DNA of 64,000 nucleotides from Desulfosudaceae bacterium (GTDB taxonomy: Bacteria; Desulfobacterota; Desulfobacteria; Desulfobacterales; Desulfosudaceae). The notes beneath the pieces are model-generated. The model ran no database searches and was not told the origin of the DNA. It saw nothing but the letters and a program-made list of their open reading frames with translations. The position numbers and the translations under genes were made by a program. Positions 29,713 through 40,444 of this stretch are shown here, piece after piece. Numbering within the stretch: the first letter of the stretch is position 1; each line of letters begins with the position of its first letter. The stretch is from assembly GCA_963674745.2 (NCBI GenBank), contig CAXXDV010000003.1:768001-832000 (forward strand). The letters run 5' to 3'.

Positions 29713-30406
29713 AGACAACTCAATCCGGGAAAAGTTATCATTGATCCGGAAGCGTATCCGGGCCGCGGCGGTCGATTGCGGTCGATCGCCGGAAGAGATC
29801 AGGCTGGTGGCGGTCAGCAAAACCAAATCCGTGGAAACAGTGGCCCGGGGGATCGCCGCCGGCATAACCGACCTGGGTGAAAATTACATCCAGGAGGCCA
29901 GAGAGAAGATAGCCGCTCTGTCCTCTCACGATGTAACCTGGCATTTTATCGGCCACCTGCAGTCCAATAAAGCAAGGTACGCGGTCGGCCTGTTTGACCT
30001 GATCCACACCATTGATTCCGTTAAGCTGGCCCATGAAGTAAACAGGCAGGCCCTTCGCCAGGGAATCGTGCAGAAAGTACTCATCCAGGTGAATATCGGA
30101 CAGGAAGCGACCAAATCGGGTGTCCTTGCTGAAGAGACGACTGCTCTGGCCCTGGCCGTCAGTTCGCTGGACAACCTTTCTCTTGAGGGGTTGATGACAC
30201 TGCCGCCCATGTTTAACGCCCCGGAACAGGCGCGCCCCTGTTTCGCTGCCGTGCGCAAACTGGCCGAAAAGATCGCTGCTGAACAGATACCGAATATCCG
30301 GATGGCCGAGCTTTCCATGGGCATGACCGGTGATTTCGAGGCGGCCATTGCGGAAGGGGCAACCATTGTCCGTGTCGGCACCGCCATTTTCGGAGAGCGA
30401 CAATGA
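29705..30406 (+). CDS. yggS: PLP homeostasis protein YggS
   Basis: VAVSKT, GENYIQE, WHFIGHLQSNK, LSMGM, VRVGTAIFG. Confidence 0.95.
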   Translation: MSEDNSIREKLSLIRKRIRAAAVDCGRSPEEIRLVAVSKTKSVETVARGIAAGITDLGENYIQEAREKIAALSSHDVTWHFIGHLQSNKARYAVGLFDLIHTIDSVKLAHEVNRQALRQGIVQKVLIQVNIGQEATKSGVLAEETTALALAVSSLDNLSLEGLMTLPPMFNAPEQARPCFAAVRKLAEKIAAEQIPNIRMAELSMGMTGDFEAAIAEGATIVRVGTAIFGERQ

Positions 30407-30942
30407 AAATCCTGCTTCATATCTGCTGTGCGCCCTGTGCCATCTATCCCGTAAATTTATTAAGAGAACGGGATATAACCGTCATGGGCTATTTCCATAA
30501 AAGCAATATTCATCCTTACAGCGAGTGCCTGAAGCGGCAGCAGGCACTGGAAGAATACAGCGCGGACATTGACCTTCGGGTGATCTATCAGGACGGGTAT
30601 GACATGGAAACCTTTATCCGTAATGTCGTTTTCAGGGAGGCCGAACGCTGTCGTTACTGTTATCATGACCGGCTCAGAGCAACCGCACTTACGGCCCGGC
30701 ACGGCAAATTTGATGGTTTTTCATCCACCCTTCTTTACAGCAAGTTCCAGAAACATGAGCTGATCCGGGAGATCGGTGAGTCTGTCGGCCGGGAAACGGG
30801 TGTGCGTTTCTACTATGAAGATTTTCGCCCGGGCTGGAAAGAGGGGATTGAAGCGTCAAAGCAGTCAGGGCTATATCGCCAGCAGTATTGTGGCTGCGTT
30901 TACAGTGAGAAGGAGCGCTTTTATCACCCGGAAAAAAAGTGA
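30403..30942 (+). CDS. queH: Epoxyqueuosine reductase QueH (DUF208)
   Basis: LLHICCAPC, NIHP, RCRYC, YRQQYCGC. Confidence 0.88.
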   Translation: MKILLHICCAPCAIYPVNLLRERDITVMGYFHKSNIHPYSECLKRQQALEEYSADIDLRVIYQDGYDMETFIRNVVFREAERCRYCYHDRLRATALTARHGKFDGFSSTLLYSKFQKHELIREIGESVGRETGVRFYYEDFRPGWKEGIEASKQSGLYRQQYCGCVYSEKERFYHPEKK

Positions 30943-30966
30943 TAAGCGCACGATTCAAAATAAAAA

Positions 30967-31010
30967 AGGATCTTCTTCAATTTAGCGGGAGTACAGGGTT
31001 CAAGGGGTTC
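30967..31010. repeat. Partial copy of an intergenic repeat also found at 57483-57552
   Basis: AGGATCTTCTTCAATTTAGCGGGAGTACAGGGTTCAAGG resembles the reverse complement of 57514-57552. Confidence 0.6.
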
Positions 31011-31074
31011 TTATCCAGGACCGTTGACTGAATTGAAAATTATGCTATCCATGTACTACCACTAATCGCGAGAT

Positions 31075-32007
31075 TCAGTGGGGCGTGTTTTCCAGGTAGT
31101 GCTCAGCCGTGTGGGTCGCCATGGCGGCGTCTCCGACCGAGGTGGTTATCTGCCTTAAGGCAGTTGATCGGACATCTCCGGCCGCAAACACACCGGGAAC
31201 CGATGTGTTCATTTCCTGATCGGTGATAATAAAACCGTAATCGTCGGTCTTTACGGCCTCGCCCAGAAACTCGGCGTTGGGCTTAATGCCCACCCAGATA
31301 AAACAGCCGTTGACATCAATGTCCCGGGTCTGATCGGTCTTGACGTTCTTCACGGTGACTTTTTCCACGTTGGTCAGGCCGCCCCCGATTTCAGTGACGA
31401 CGCTGTCCCAGACCATTTCGATTTTGTCGTTGGCCAAAGCCCGTTCTTGGAGGATCTTCGTTGCCCGGAGTTGATCCCGACGATGAATCAGGTAGACTTT
31501 TTGAGCGAATTTCGTTAGGTAAAGCGCTTCCTGAACGGCTGTGTCGCCGCCGCCCACGGCCGCTACGATTTTATCACGGTAAAAAGGCGCGTCGCAGGTG
31601 GCACAGAAGGAGATTCCCTTACCGTAAAAACGATCTTCACCGGGTACTCCCAGTCGGTTGGGAGAGGCGCCGGTGGCAACGATAACCGCCCGGCAGGTGA
31701 TGGTGCCGGAATCGGTTGTTATCTTTTTGATGTCCTGTGAGAAATCGACAGCCGTTACTTCCGCTGATTCAATGGGAACATTCAGATTGCCGGCCTGTTC
31801 ACTCATTTTCATGACCAGATCCGCCCCACTGATACCGTCCGGAAATCCGGGATAATTTTCAATCCAGTCGGTTGTCAGAACCTGACCGCCGGGGGTGATT
31901 TTTTCAAGCAGCACCGCGTCCAATCGGGCCCGTGCCGCGTAAATACCTGCAGTCAGTCCGGCCGGGCCGCCGCCGATAATAACCAGTTCATGATCTGTTG
32001 TTGTCAT
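31075..32007 (-). CDS. trxB: Thioredoxin reductase
   Basis: GGGPAG, IENYPG, CATCD, GGGDTA, FAAGD. Confidence 0.95.
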   Translation of the reverse strand: MTTTDHELVIIGGGPAGLTAGIYAARARLDAVLLEKITPGGQVLTTDWIENYPGFPDGISGADLVMKMSEQAGNLNVPIESAEVTAVDFSQDIKKITTDSGTITCRAVIVATGASPNRLGVPGEDRFYGKGISFCATCDAPFYRDKIVAAVGGGDTAVQEALYLTKFAQKVYLIHRRDQLRATKILQERALANDKIEMVWDSVVTEIGGGLTNVEKVTVKNVKTDQTRDIDVNGCFIWVGIKPNAEFLGEAVKTDDYGFIITDQEMNTSVPGVFAAGDVRSTALRQITTSVGDAAMATHTAEHYLENTPH

Positions 32008-32026
32008 TATTGCTGACCTGTTATGT

Positions 32027-32356
32027 TTATCCGATAGCTTTATTCAGGGTCTCTTCCAGTTTTGCTTTGGGAACCATGCCGACAATTTTTTCCGCAACTT
32101 CCCCGTCCTTGAAAAGAATCAGGGTCGGAATCGCCTGAATACCGAATTTGGTCGGTGTGGCCGGATTGTTATCGACATTGCATTTAGCAAATTTGATTTT
32201 ACCGGAAAATTCGTTGGCCAATTCTTCGACGATCGGTCCAATGGCTTTACACGGGCCGCACCATGGTGCCCAGAAATCGACAAAGACCGGAAGGTCTGAC
32301 TGCATCACATCACTTTCGAAACTGTCGTCGCTGATTTCGAATACATTATCCGCCAT
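32027..32356 (-). CDS. trxA: Thioredoxin
   Basis: WAPWCGPC, IPTL. Confidence 0.97.
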   Translation of the reverse strand: MADNVFEISDDSFESDVMQSDLPVFVDFWAPWCGPCKAIGPIVEELANEFSGKIKFAKCNVDNNPATPTKFGIQAIPTLILFKDGEVAEKIVGMVPKAKLEETLNKAIG

Positions 32357-32565
32357 TGATGGCCTCCTTTTTGTGACTGCGGTATTTGCCTGCGGCCCCT
32401 TTTTTCGGGCCGTTCAGGGTGTCAGAAACACTTTTTTGTGACTATCATAAAAAAAAATTGACCGCAAGTTAATAATCCAGGGATAAGTTTGTTTTTTAAT
32501 GACGGAAATCGTCTGGTCTGATTCAGGCGCGGATCGAATATCCGGTTCAAAAAAACGGTGAAATG

Positions 32566-33672
32566 TCATATGCCGACAACGACTCTGTTTTTTCCCTGTT
32601 GCTTGCCGGTATAAAGGGCCATGTCCGCCCGTTTGATGCAGCTCTCAATCGTGTCATCCGTCCCATTGTACTGGCTTAAACCGAATGTCATGGTGACGGG
32701 AATGGAAATGCCGTTATGGATGATGATGGCTGTTTCAATTTTTTGCCGTATCCGTTCCGCTACCAGCTTACCGTTTTCAATGTCGGTTTCAATCAGCATG
32801 ATCAGGAACTCTTCACCGCCCCACCGGGCGGAGCAGTCAATACCGCGTATCTGGTCTTTCAACAACCGTGCGATCGATTTTAAGACATAGTCACCGGCGT
32901 CATGCCCGTAACTGTCGTTCAATGCCTTGAAATTGTCGATGTCGCCCATTATCAGTGTGAATGCATTGTTCAGGCGCGTTTGGCGCTGTTGTTCATTCCT
33001 GATTCTTTCAAACAGGTCCCGTCGGTTGGAAAGGCCGGTCAGGTGGTCCCGTTTTGAAGCAAATTCAAATTTATCTTTTTCTTTACGGATATATTCGAAC
33101 AGCAGTTGCTGTGACGACTCATAATAATAAAGAATAAAAGTAAGAATCATGTAAATGACGGCATAGCGGACGATCACAAAAATAGAATAGGGCGCTGAAC
33201 CCATTATGCGCTCCGGTGCCGTCATGAGGACCAGGGCGACGGCAAAGTAAGCCAGGCTCATGGCCATACCCGCCTTTTTTCCCAGTATGGAAAAAACCAC
33301 CGCCGGGGGTACGAACGCCCATAAAAAATAGGAAATTTCCTGTCGGCCAAACACAACCGTTATAATAGAAATACCCATGAAAACAATACTGATTATCCAG
33401 TAAACGATCAGTCCCTTTTCTGTTTTATTGAGATAAATCAGTCCGATGAAGGCACCGATCAGTGCCACCACGTCCGCCGCTGCAATCCAGTCGTTTCCGG
33501 AATAAAGATGGTAAATCGAAAATGATATCATGGTCATTATGCTGGCGACCAGGATAACAACCGCCGGTATCCTTCGGTGCCTTTCCATCGGCTTGAGAAA
33601 TCTCGGGCTCCCCAATCTCACGACGGATTTGATTAAACCAGACGGGGGATGATTGGTGCGTCTGTTTTTCAT
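32566..33672 (-). CDS. Membrane diguanylate cyclase
   Basis: About 6 TM helices; DHLTGLSNRR, DIDNFK..ND.YGH, RGID I-site, GGEEF. Confidence 0.92.
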   Translation of the reverse strand: MKNRRTNHPPSGLIKSVVRLGSPRFLKPMERHRRIPAVVILVASIMTMISFSIYHLYSGNDWIAAADVVALIGAFIGLIYLNKTEKGLIVYWIISIVFMGISIITVVFGRQEISYFLWAFVPPAVVFSILGKKAGMAMSLAYFAVALVLMTAPERIMGSAPYSIFVIVRYAVIYMILTFILYYYESSQQLLFEYIRKEKDKFEFASKRDHLTGLSNRRDLFERIRNEQQRQTRLNNAFTLIMGDIDNFKALNDSYGHDAGDYVLKSIARLLKDQIRGIDCSARWGGEEFLIMLIETDIENGKLVAERIRQKIETAIIIHNGISIPVTMTFGLSQYNGTDDTIESCIKRADMALYTGKQQGKNRVVVGI

Positions 33673-33744
33673 GATTTAGTATTATAACGATAAAACACGG
33701 AAATAAAAAGCATAATTATTTTCACCGTCGGCATCGGGGGACGG

Positions 33745-35061
33745 TTATGTGATGGTTTGCAGCCGGGTTTTGACGAGCCGTTTCCCCATGGCAATGAGCA
33801 TTAGTACCGGCGGCAGGCCGTATGGCTGCGGCGTAATACTGTTATCACACACAAACAAATGTTTGATTTGTGTTTCCAGGTCAATGTTGACGATATGGCC
33901 GATACGGGCGGTACCACCCGGGTGTCCCAGCCTTACCGGCGTGTGAACGATGGAACCGGGCTTACAGCCGGCCTGCGCCAGGATTTTTTCATTCAAAAAA
34001 GCACCTCTGTCCAGTTTTTGCCGGTCTTCCACTGCCAGGGCCTTGGAAAAAGATTCGTCAGGGAAAACCCGGCCGCCGATACTGTCGGAAATTTTGCACA
34101 TGACACCCATCAAACGGTGATGCTTGAGGATTTTCGGAATATGACTGATCCCTTTATAAAACAGTTGAAGCAGGTGTGATGGCCAGGGGTCGATGAGGTC
34201 TGCGATTAGGATGCCCTCGGCCATATAATCAAAGGTACCGCCGCACATGGTGATATCGGCCCGCATTCCTGGCCCCTGGTATTTTTCGGCACATCCGGTT
34301 GATATGATCAGGGGGTCGCCGATAAAACCCCGGCCGGCTTCATCAAGCCCGGAGCGGTTCAAGATACCGGGGGTTCCCATTCCGCCGGCCGCGATGACAA
34401 CGGTGTCGGCCATAACCCGTAAGGGGCCCCGGGGTGTAGATGCAGTTACGCCGACGGCCTGAGCGTTTTCAACCATGACCCGGTCCACCCGGGCACGGTT
34501 GACCAGTGTCGCGCCGTTATCCCTGGCCTGATAAGCGAAATTCCGGGCGGTCCACTTGGCACCTTTTTTACATCCATACATGCAGCAGGAGCAGTCCAGG
34601 GTGCATTTTTCAGCGTTGATAAATTTGTCTACCGGGGACCAGTTCATTCCCAGTTCCCGGGCAGCATTCATGATATGACGGGAAGACTCGCCGATATGAC
34701 TCTCCGGCAGGGGACTAATGCTTAGTTCGGCTTTAGTCTCTTCGACATAGGTTTTCAAGTCGATGCCGTATTCGTCAGTCAGCCAGTCCGGAGGCATGAT
34801 CGCGGAGGCGCCGTAAATCATCGTGCTGCCGCCGGTCGTCAGGGCACGGATGGCATTGAGACCCTCTTTTGACCATTTGAAACCCATTCGATCCGCCATC
34901 AGGGCGGTCCCCAGAAAGTTCCCGTAAAACTGGTGATCCCGGCCGCGTTCGAGCATAACAACCCGCTTGCCCAGGGCGGTCAATTCTTTTGCCACCGTTG
35001 ATCCCCCCGGACCGGTACCTACCACAACCGCGTCTGCCTGGAGCTCTTTTACATTTTCCAT
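33745..35061 (-). CDS. GMC family FAD oxidoreductase, paralogue 1
   Basis: VVGTGPGG, TGGST, CTLDCSCCMYGC..GAKW, AAGGMGTP, HPGGT, PP. Confidence 0.85.
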   Translation of the reverse strand: MENVKELQADAVVVGTGPGGSTVAKELTALGKRVVMLERGRDHQFYGNFLGTALMADRMGFKWSKEGLNAIRALTTGGSTMIYGASAIMPPDWLTDEYGIDLKTYVEETKAELSISPLPESHIGESSRHIMNAARELGMNWSPVDKFINAEKCTLDCSCCMYGCKKGAKWTARNFAYQARDNGATLVNRARVDRVMVENAQAVGVTASTPRGPLRVMADTVVIAAGGMGTPGILNRSGLDEAGRGFIGDPLIISTGCAEKYQGPGMRADITMCGGTFDYMAEGILIADLIDPWPSHLLQLFYKGISHIPKILKHHRLMGVMCKISDSIGGRVFPDESFSKALAVEDRQKLDRGAFLNEKILAQAGCKPGSIVHTPVRLGHPGGTARIGHIVNIDLETQIKHLFVCDNSITPQPYGLPPVLMLIAMGKRLVKTRLQTIT

Positions 35062-35094
35062 ATCTTCCTCTTGTGATTGTCCTGATTCTTATGT

Positions 35095-36075
35095 TTAAAC
35101 GGGTGGCTCTGGCTGTTCAGCCAACGCCCCCACATCCAGGGGGATCCCTTTATTTTTATCTTCACAGAGAATAATCGCCTTTTGCGGACAGGTGGTCTCA
35201 CAAACACCGCAACCAAAGCATTTATGGGGATCAATGTGCAGTTTTTCGTCAAGGACGGCTCTGGCTTTAAACGGACAGGCATCAACGCATGCGCCACAGA
35301 GATCGCACAACGACGGGTCAACGACCGGGGAGAACCCCGAGGGCAGCAGCATGCCGGGTGGTTGAAGCATCTCGGCATAGATTTCGTTAAAATCCTTCTG
35401 TATGTTCATTACACCGCAGCAGCAGGAGCAGCAGTTGCAGATAGCGAACAAACGGTCGCCCAGGGCGTCTTTGAAAAAAGCATTATGAATAAAACCGGCT
35501 TCATGGGCCTGCCTGAGGATCTCCAGTGCTTCATCCCGGGTAACATAATTCACATTCAGCGCCTGACCGTGTTGTACGGCATAAGTTGCGAAAGGCTCTC
35601 CCACAAACATGCATACATGAATCGGTTCACAATGATCTTTTTTGCGTTTCCGGCAGGAACAGTCACCAACGGCGATGACGTCCGGGCTTTTCATGACAAT
35701 CTGGTTGACCTGTTTATAGGTCAGCACCTTTTCCGCTTTGGCCGGTTCGACACTGAGATCGCGGTTCAGTTCGAGAATTTTTCTGGCGTGTTCATATTTT
35801 AAAACCTTACCGTGATAGCGGTCCGGCACGAACCTTAAAAATTCCCGTATTAACGGCCAGTGATACCAGGCCCGGGGGACATGTTTTTGAATCAGTTCGT
35901 AGGTCGTGGCCAGGATGTTGACGTAGCGGCGGGTGTTGCCCAGGTAAAACATGGCGTGAAAAAAATGAAACGGGTGGCGGCGATTATGGAGCCTCCAGAG
36001 ATCTAAAGGCCTTCCGGTGTATGTGTCCGGGGGCTGTTTTGATGAGGATTCAGTTGAACGTTTTTCCATCAGCAA
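35095..36075 (-). CDS. Cys-rich 4Fe-4S binding protein
   Basis: CSCR....C.....C, ICNCCSCCC and two CxxCxxCxxxCP; start uncertain. Confidence 0.8.
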   Translation of the reverse strand: MLMEKRSTESSSKQPPDTYTGRPLDLWRLHNRRHPFHFFHAMFYLGNTRRYVNILATTYELIQKHVPRAWYHWPLIREFLRFVPDRYHGKVLKYEHARKILELNRDLSVEPAKAEKVLTYKQVNQIVMKSPDVIAVGDCSCRKRKKDHCEPIHVCMFVGEPFATYAVQHGQALNVNYVTRDEALEILRQAHEAGFIHNAFFKDALGDRLFAICNCCSCCCGVMNIQKDFNEIYAEMLQPPGMLLPSGFSPVVDPSLCDLCGACVDACPFKARAVLDEKLHIDPHKCFGCGVCETTCPQKAIILCEDKNKGIPLDVGALAEQPEPPV

Positions 36076-36098
36076 CTCCGTGTCAAGGGTTGAAGGGA

Positions 36099-36149
36099 AT
36101 TGACTTGTTAGTCGATGTATAATATATGGTGCTAAAGTTTCCTTGTCAA
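36099..36149 (-). promoter_or_regulatory. sigma70 promoter with downstream palindromic operator
   Basis: Minus strand TTGACA(36149-36144)-N17-TATATT(36126-36121); ATTGACT-N4-AGTCGAT at 36099-36116. Confidence 0.55.
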
Positions 36150-36247
36150 CTGAAAAAAATCCGTTTGAAAAGCAATTGCCCGATATGTCACGAGTTGATC
36201 CGGACCGAGCCCCGGTCTTTTTTGCAAAAAGCAGGTCATATAATCAT

Positions 36248-36290
36248 GTAGGGGCACCCCCCTGTGGGTGCCCTTTCATCGGCCGGCCCC
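36248..36290. repeat. GTAG REP, truncated inverted copy of the doublet
   Basis: GTAGGGGCACCCCCCTGTGGGTGCCCTTTCATCGG. Confidence 0.8.
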
Positions 36291-36442
36291 TGGAATTATT
36301 GTTTTCACCAATTGCACATTAATTTATAAATTCCAGATTGTTGTCCTGATTCCAGTTTGCATCGATAAAGACAAAATGATATGATTATTAAAAAATAACT
36401 TTAAAGCGTAGTTGCGCTAAATTCCTTAAAAGAGGCTTTTTT

Positions 36443-37735
36443 ATGGAAAAACCAAGGGTCATTCTTCGGGCTTGTCCGGAATATCATCAGGACATGATTT
36501 CCGGGATTTTGAAGGAAACCGTCGCTGATCTGAACATTTCATTTTCAGGCAATGTGCTTGTAAAGCCCAATGTGGTGACGGCCAATCGCAAGTATATTCA
36601 TAATTCCTATACCCATCCATCGGTTGTCGCTGCTATGGCGGAGAGAATCAAAAAAGACAATCCGCGCCGCCTGGTCATCGGCGAGTCCGGCGGATACGGC
36701 ATCCCTTCACGTCTGTTTTTAAAAGAAGCCGGTTATTATGAAATGGCCCGTCGAAGCGGGGTGGAATTGTTGGACTTTAATGAACATCCAGTGGTCGAAA
36801 CCGTTCTCGAAAAGGCCCGATGGCACAAGCGCATTCTGCTCTCAAAATATATCGCCGAGGCTGACGTCAAGGTATGGATGCCCAAGCTCAAATACCATAT
36901 TTTTGCTTCCATCACCAATTGCCTGAAGCTCAACATCGGGATCCTGGTCCATAAAGAGCGGATGCTTTACCATGATCACCGCATTCACGAAAAAATCGTG
37001 GACCTTTTAGAAGCCGGCTACCCTGACCTGATTGTGTCCGATGCCGTTGACATTACCTATGGTTTTGAGTCAGCGCCTTATCCGGTCCGCCTGGGATTGC
37101 TCATGATTGCCGACCATCCCCTGGCGGTCGATGTGGTGGCCGCTCACATCATGGGCTACGACCCCCACGAAGTGACGCACCTGAAGATCGCGGCCGAACG
37201 GGGGTACGGTTCACTGGATATTGATGATATTGATGTCTCCGGGGATATCGACCTGGCGAAACTCAAACAGCGTCCCAAGGGTGAACATCGATTGTTTCAG
37301 GTGCTCAACGAACTGGATACGCCTATCCGTTTTTTCACCGGTCAGGCCTGGGATACAGGCATGATCTGCGATGGCGGGTGTGAAGGGGCGGTTAAAGGAT
37401 GCCTGGGCACCATTGAAAAACGCCGGCCCGGTTCGCTGAGAAAAGCCCGGGCCGGCGGCATTGTCTGCGGGGTGTACGAGGGAGATGTCGTCATGCCGGA
37501 CAAACCGGTCCTGCTGGTCGGCGACTGCACCCGGGTGGAAGGACGGCTGGAAGCGAAAAAGATTTATCGCGTCAAAGGTTGCCCCATCGGGGCACGGGCG
37601 TTGATGCTGAAAGTTCCTTTTATTTTCAAACTGCCCAGCCCCATGCTGGACGCGCGGGATGCGACCCTGTTTATCTGGAATTCGATTGTTAAGGTAATGC
37701 AGATCGGCAAAAACCGGTTTTTCAATTTTTTTTAG
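36443..37735 (+). CDS. DUF362 family protein (cytoplasmic, extended C-terminus)
   Basis: VLVKPN, THP, IGES, PKLKYH, HPLAVD; C-terminal CDGGC, VGDC, GCP. Confidence 0.8.
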   Translation: MEKPRVILRACPEYHQDMISGILKETVADLNISFSGNVLVKPNVVTANRKYIHNSYTHPSVVAAMAERIKKDNPRRLVIGESGGYGIPSRLFLKEAGYYEMARRSGVELLDFNEHPVVETVLEKARWHKRILLSKYIAEADVKVWMPKLKYHIFASITNCLKLNIGILVHKERMLYHDHRIHEKIVDLLEAGYPDLIVSDAVDITYGFESAPYPVRLGLLMIADHPLAVDVVAAHIMGYDPHEVTHLKIAAERGYGSLDIDDIDVSGDIDLAKLKQRPKGEHRLFQVLNELDTPIRFFTGQAWDTGMICDGGCEGAVKGCLGTIEKRRPGSLRKARAGGIVCGVYEGDVVMPDKPVLLVGDCTRVEGRLEAKKIYRVKGCPIGARALMLKVPFIFKLPSPMLDARDATLFIWNSIVKVMQIGKNRFFNFF

Positions 37736-37744
37736 TAAACCGGG

Positions 37745-40444
37745 TTATTCTTGATTGAATATCTCGCGGATTTTGGTTTCCAACGCTTTTTTGGTAAACG
37801 GTTTTTCGATAAAGTTCATGCCTTCCTCCAAAACACCCTGGCTGGCGATGATATCGGCCGTATATCCGGACATGAACAGGCACTTGATATCCGGACGAAG
37901 GGGGGTCAGTTGTTTGGTCAGTTCCGCGCCGTTCATTTCCGGCATGATGACATCACAGATCATCAGCTGGATATCCCCTTTGTATTCTTCTGCCAGGCGG
38001 AGGGCTTCGGCCGGGGTCCCGGCCGGTAAAACCTTATAGCCCAGTTTTGTTAACATCATCCGGCACATTTCCAGAACCTCGGGGGCATCTTCTACCAGCA
38101 GTACGGTTTCCCACACGCTGGGTACCGTCACGGGCGGGGCGGTTTCTTCCGGAGAAGTATCCGGTTTTGTCTGTCGGGGAAAATAAACCGTGAAAACGGT
38201 TCCCTGTCCGGGTTCGCTGTCCACATAAATAAAGCCATTGTTCTGCTTGATGATACCGTATACGGTCGCCAGCCCCATGCCTGTTCCCTGGCCAACTTCA
38301 CGGGTGGTGAAAAAAGGGTCGAAAATCTGTTTTTGCATTTCCCGGTCCATGCCGCAGCCGTTATCACTCAGGGCCAGCATCACGTATTCACCGGGGACAA
38401 AACCGGGGAGTTCGGGGTGTTCGTCCATATAATGCTGATCCAGCGAAGCGTTGGCCGTCGTGATGATGATCTCTCCTTTGCCGGAAATGGCACTGCGGGC
38501 ATTGGCCGTCAGGTTCATCAGGATCTGGTCCAATTGAACGGGGTCGAGTTTGACGGTCCATAAATCAATGCCAGGTATCCAGTTCAGGTCGATGTTTTCG
38601 CCGACAATCCGCCGCAACATGCGGATCATACTCTCCACCGAGCGGTTTAAATCAATGGTTTTGGGCGAGACAATCTGCTTGCGGGCAAAACCCAGCAGCT
38701 GGCTGGTCAGTTCCGCCGAGCGCTGAGCGGCCTGCTCAATGGATTCAAAGGCCTGGCGGGTGCTCATGTCCGACCCGGTATCTTCCAGCATTACCTGGAC
38801 ATGGCCGAGGATGACGCTGAGCATATTATTAAAATCGTGGGCAATACCGCCGGCCAGGCGGCCGATGGATTCCATTTTTTCCTTTTGCCGGATCCGGACT
38901 TCCATTTCCTTCTGTTCGGTAATATCCCTGATTAAGCAGGCAAACTGGTTGGGCGCGGGGGAAAAGGACGAGACGTGAAAAAACTTCTGGAGTTCTGCGG
39001 TATAATTTTCAAAGGTTGCCGGCGAGCCGGTTATTGCGACTTGACCGAACGTTTCAATCCAGTAGTGTTCGGTTTCGGGCAGCACTTCCATAACGGTTTT
39101 CCCGATAACCTCTTCGGCTTTTAACCCGGTCATTTTTTCAAAGGCCGGGTTGACGGCCAGATAACGGTAGTCTACGGGTTTCCCCTGCGGGTTCAGGATA
39201 ATTTCATGCAGCGCAAAGCCGCTGAGCATTTCATGGAAAAGCATATGATAATTGCGTTCCACCTGCCGGTATTGGGTAATATCGCGGGCAATGGAAAGGA
39301 CAGAGGTGACATCCCCCTGGAGGTTAAATTCCGGTTGCAGGCGCCAGTTGAAAATCATCGGGCCATGCTTGCTTTCAAGTGAGGTCTCGGTTTCATATGG
39401 GACGCCGCTGTTGAATACCTTTTGCAGCGTTTTTTCCCAGAAACGGCAAAAGTCTTCGGAAAAACCCAGCTCGCGATGGGTTCGGCCGATAATCCCTTCA
39501 GGCGGCGTGTCGATTACCCGGCTGATGTTTCCAGAGACGAACAGGTGCCGCCCGTCTTGATCAAAACGCATGACAATATCGGGCAGCCCTTCGAGCAGAC
39601 TCCGGTATTTTTGTTCATTCTCGCGCAGGGCATCTTCTGTTTTCCTTTGTTCGGTTATATCATGGAACACACAGTGCGTTCTTTGAAAGCGGCCGGCACT
39701 GTCCCGCTGGATTTTACCGTTGAAATATACCAGAATGGTCGACCCGTCCTTTTTCAGCATTTCGAATTCAACCCCTAGAATTTCACCAATAGACTTGAAT
39801 ATGGGGAAGTTCTCCTTGAAGTAAATAGCGTAATCAGGATGAGTGAAATCGCCGAAATTTCTTCCGATCAATTCTTCCCGCTGATAGCCGAGAACTTGAA
39901 GAAAGGCTTTGTTGACTTCGATGAAATTCCCCTGTTCATCCAGGGATTGGTAGGGTATGGGGGCATTTTCAAAAAGAAGCCGGAACCGGTCCTCACTCAT
40001 TCTTAATGCCGTTTCTGCCTTTTTGTGCTCGGAAATATCCGTGGCGATGCTCATCAAAGCCGGCTGGCCGTGCCACCGGGTTTTTTTAGCATAAACCAGC
40101 AAAGGAAAGACAGAACCGTCCTTGCGAAAATGACGGACTTCAAACGAGGCTTCTCCTTTTTCCTCAATCAAGTTCATTCGCTCGGCAATCAGCGCCTCGC
40201 TTTCCGGCACGTCCAGTTGATGTACGTTCAGGGCCAGGAATTCGTTTTTCTCATTATAACCGTGGAGTTCCAGCGTTTTGCGGTTGACGTACAGCAGGTT
40301 CCCTTCAAAATCATGAATCGTGATGGAATTCGGTGCCACATCAAGCAGCTCTGCCATTGTATGGAGCCGCTCGGCGTTTCTGTTTATTTTTTTAAGCACC
40401 CGGCGGATCAGGCCGGTAAATCTGGATTCCGTGACGTCATTCAT
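37745..40444 (-). CDS. Hybrid sensor histidine kinase: four PAS/PAC, HisKA, HATPase, REC
   Basis: AGGIAHDFNN, NLTANA, DNGCG, FFTT, GTGMGL, LLVED, DVIMP, KPF. Confidence 0.93.
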   Translation of the reverse strand: MNDVTESRFTGLIRRVLKKINRNAERLHTMAELLDVAPNSITIHDFEGNLLYVNRKTLELHGYNEKNEFLALNVHQLDVPESEALIAERMNLIEEKGEASFEVRHFRKDGSVFPLLVYAKKTRWHGQPALMSIATDISEHKKAETALRMSEDRFRLLFENAPIPYQSLDEQGNFIEVNKAFLQVLGYQREELIGRNFGDFTHPDYAIYFKENFPIFKSIGEILGVEFEMLKKDGSTILVYFNGKIQRDSAGRFQRTHCVFHDITEQRKTEDALRENEQKYRSLLEGLPDIVMRFDQDGRHLFVSGNISRVIDTPPEGIIGRTHRELGFSEDFCRFWEKTLQKVFNSGVPYETETSLESKHGPMIFNWRLQPEFNLQGDVTSVLSIARDITQYRQVERNYHMLFHEMLSGFALHEIILNPQGKPVDYRYLAVNPAFEKMTGLKAEEVIGKTVMEVLPETEHYWIETFGQVAITGSPATFENYTAELQKFFHVSSFSPAPNQFACLIRDITEQKEMEVRIRQKEKMESIGRLAGGIAHDFNNMLSVILGHVQVMLEDTGSDMSTRQAFESIEQAAQRSAELTSQLLGFARKQIVSPKTIDLNRSVESMIRMLRRIVGENIDLNWIPGIDLWTVKLDPVQLDQILMNLTANARSAISGKGEIIITTANASLDQHYMDEHPELPGFVPGEYVMLALSDNGCGMDREMQKQIFDPFFTTREVGQGTGMGLATVYGIIKQNNGFIYVDSEPGQGTVFTVYFPRQTKPDTSPEETAPPVTVPSVWETVLLVEDAPEVLEMCRMMLTKLGYKVLPAGTPAEALRLAEEYKGDIQLMICDVIMPEMNGAELTKQLTPLRPDIKCLFMSGYTADIIASQGVLEEGMNFIEKPFTKKALETKIREIFNQE

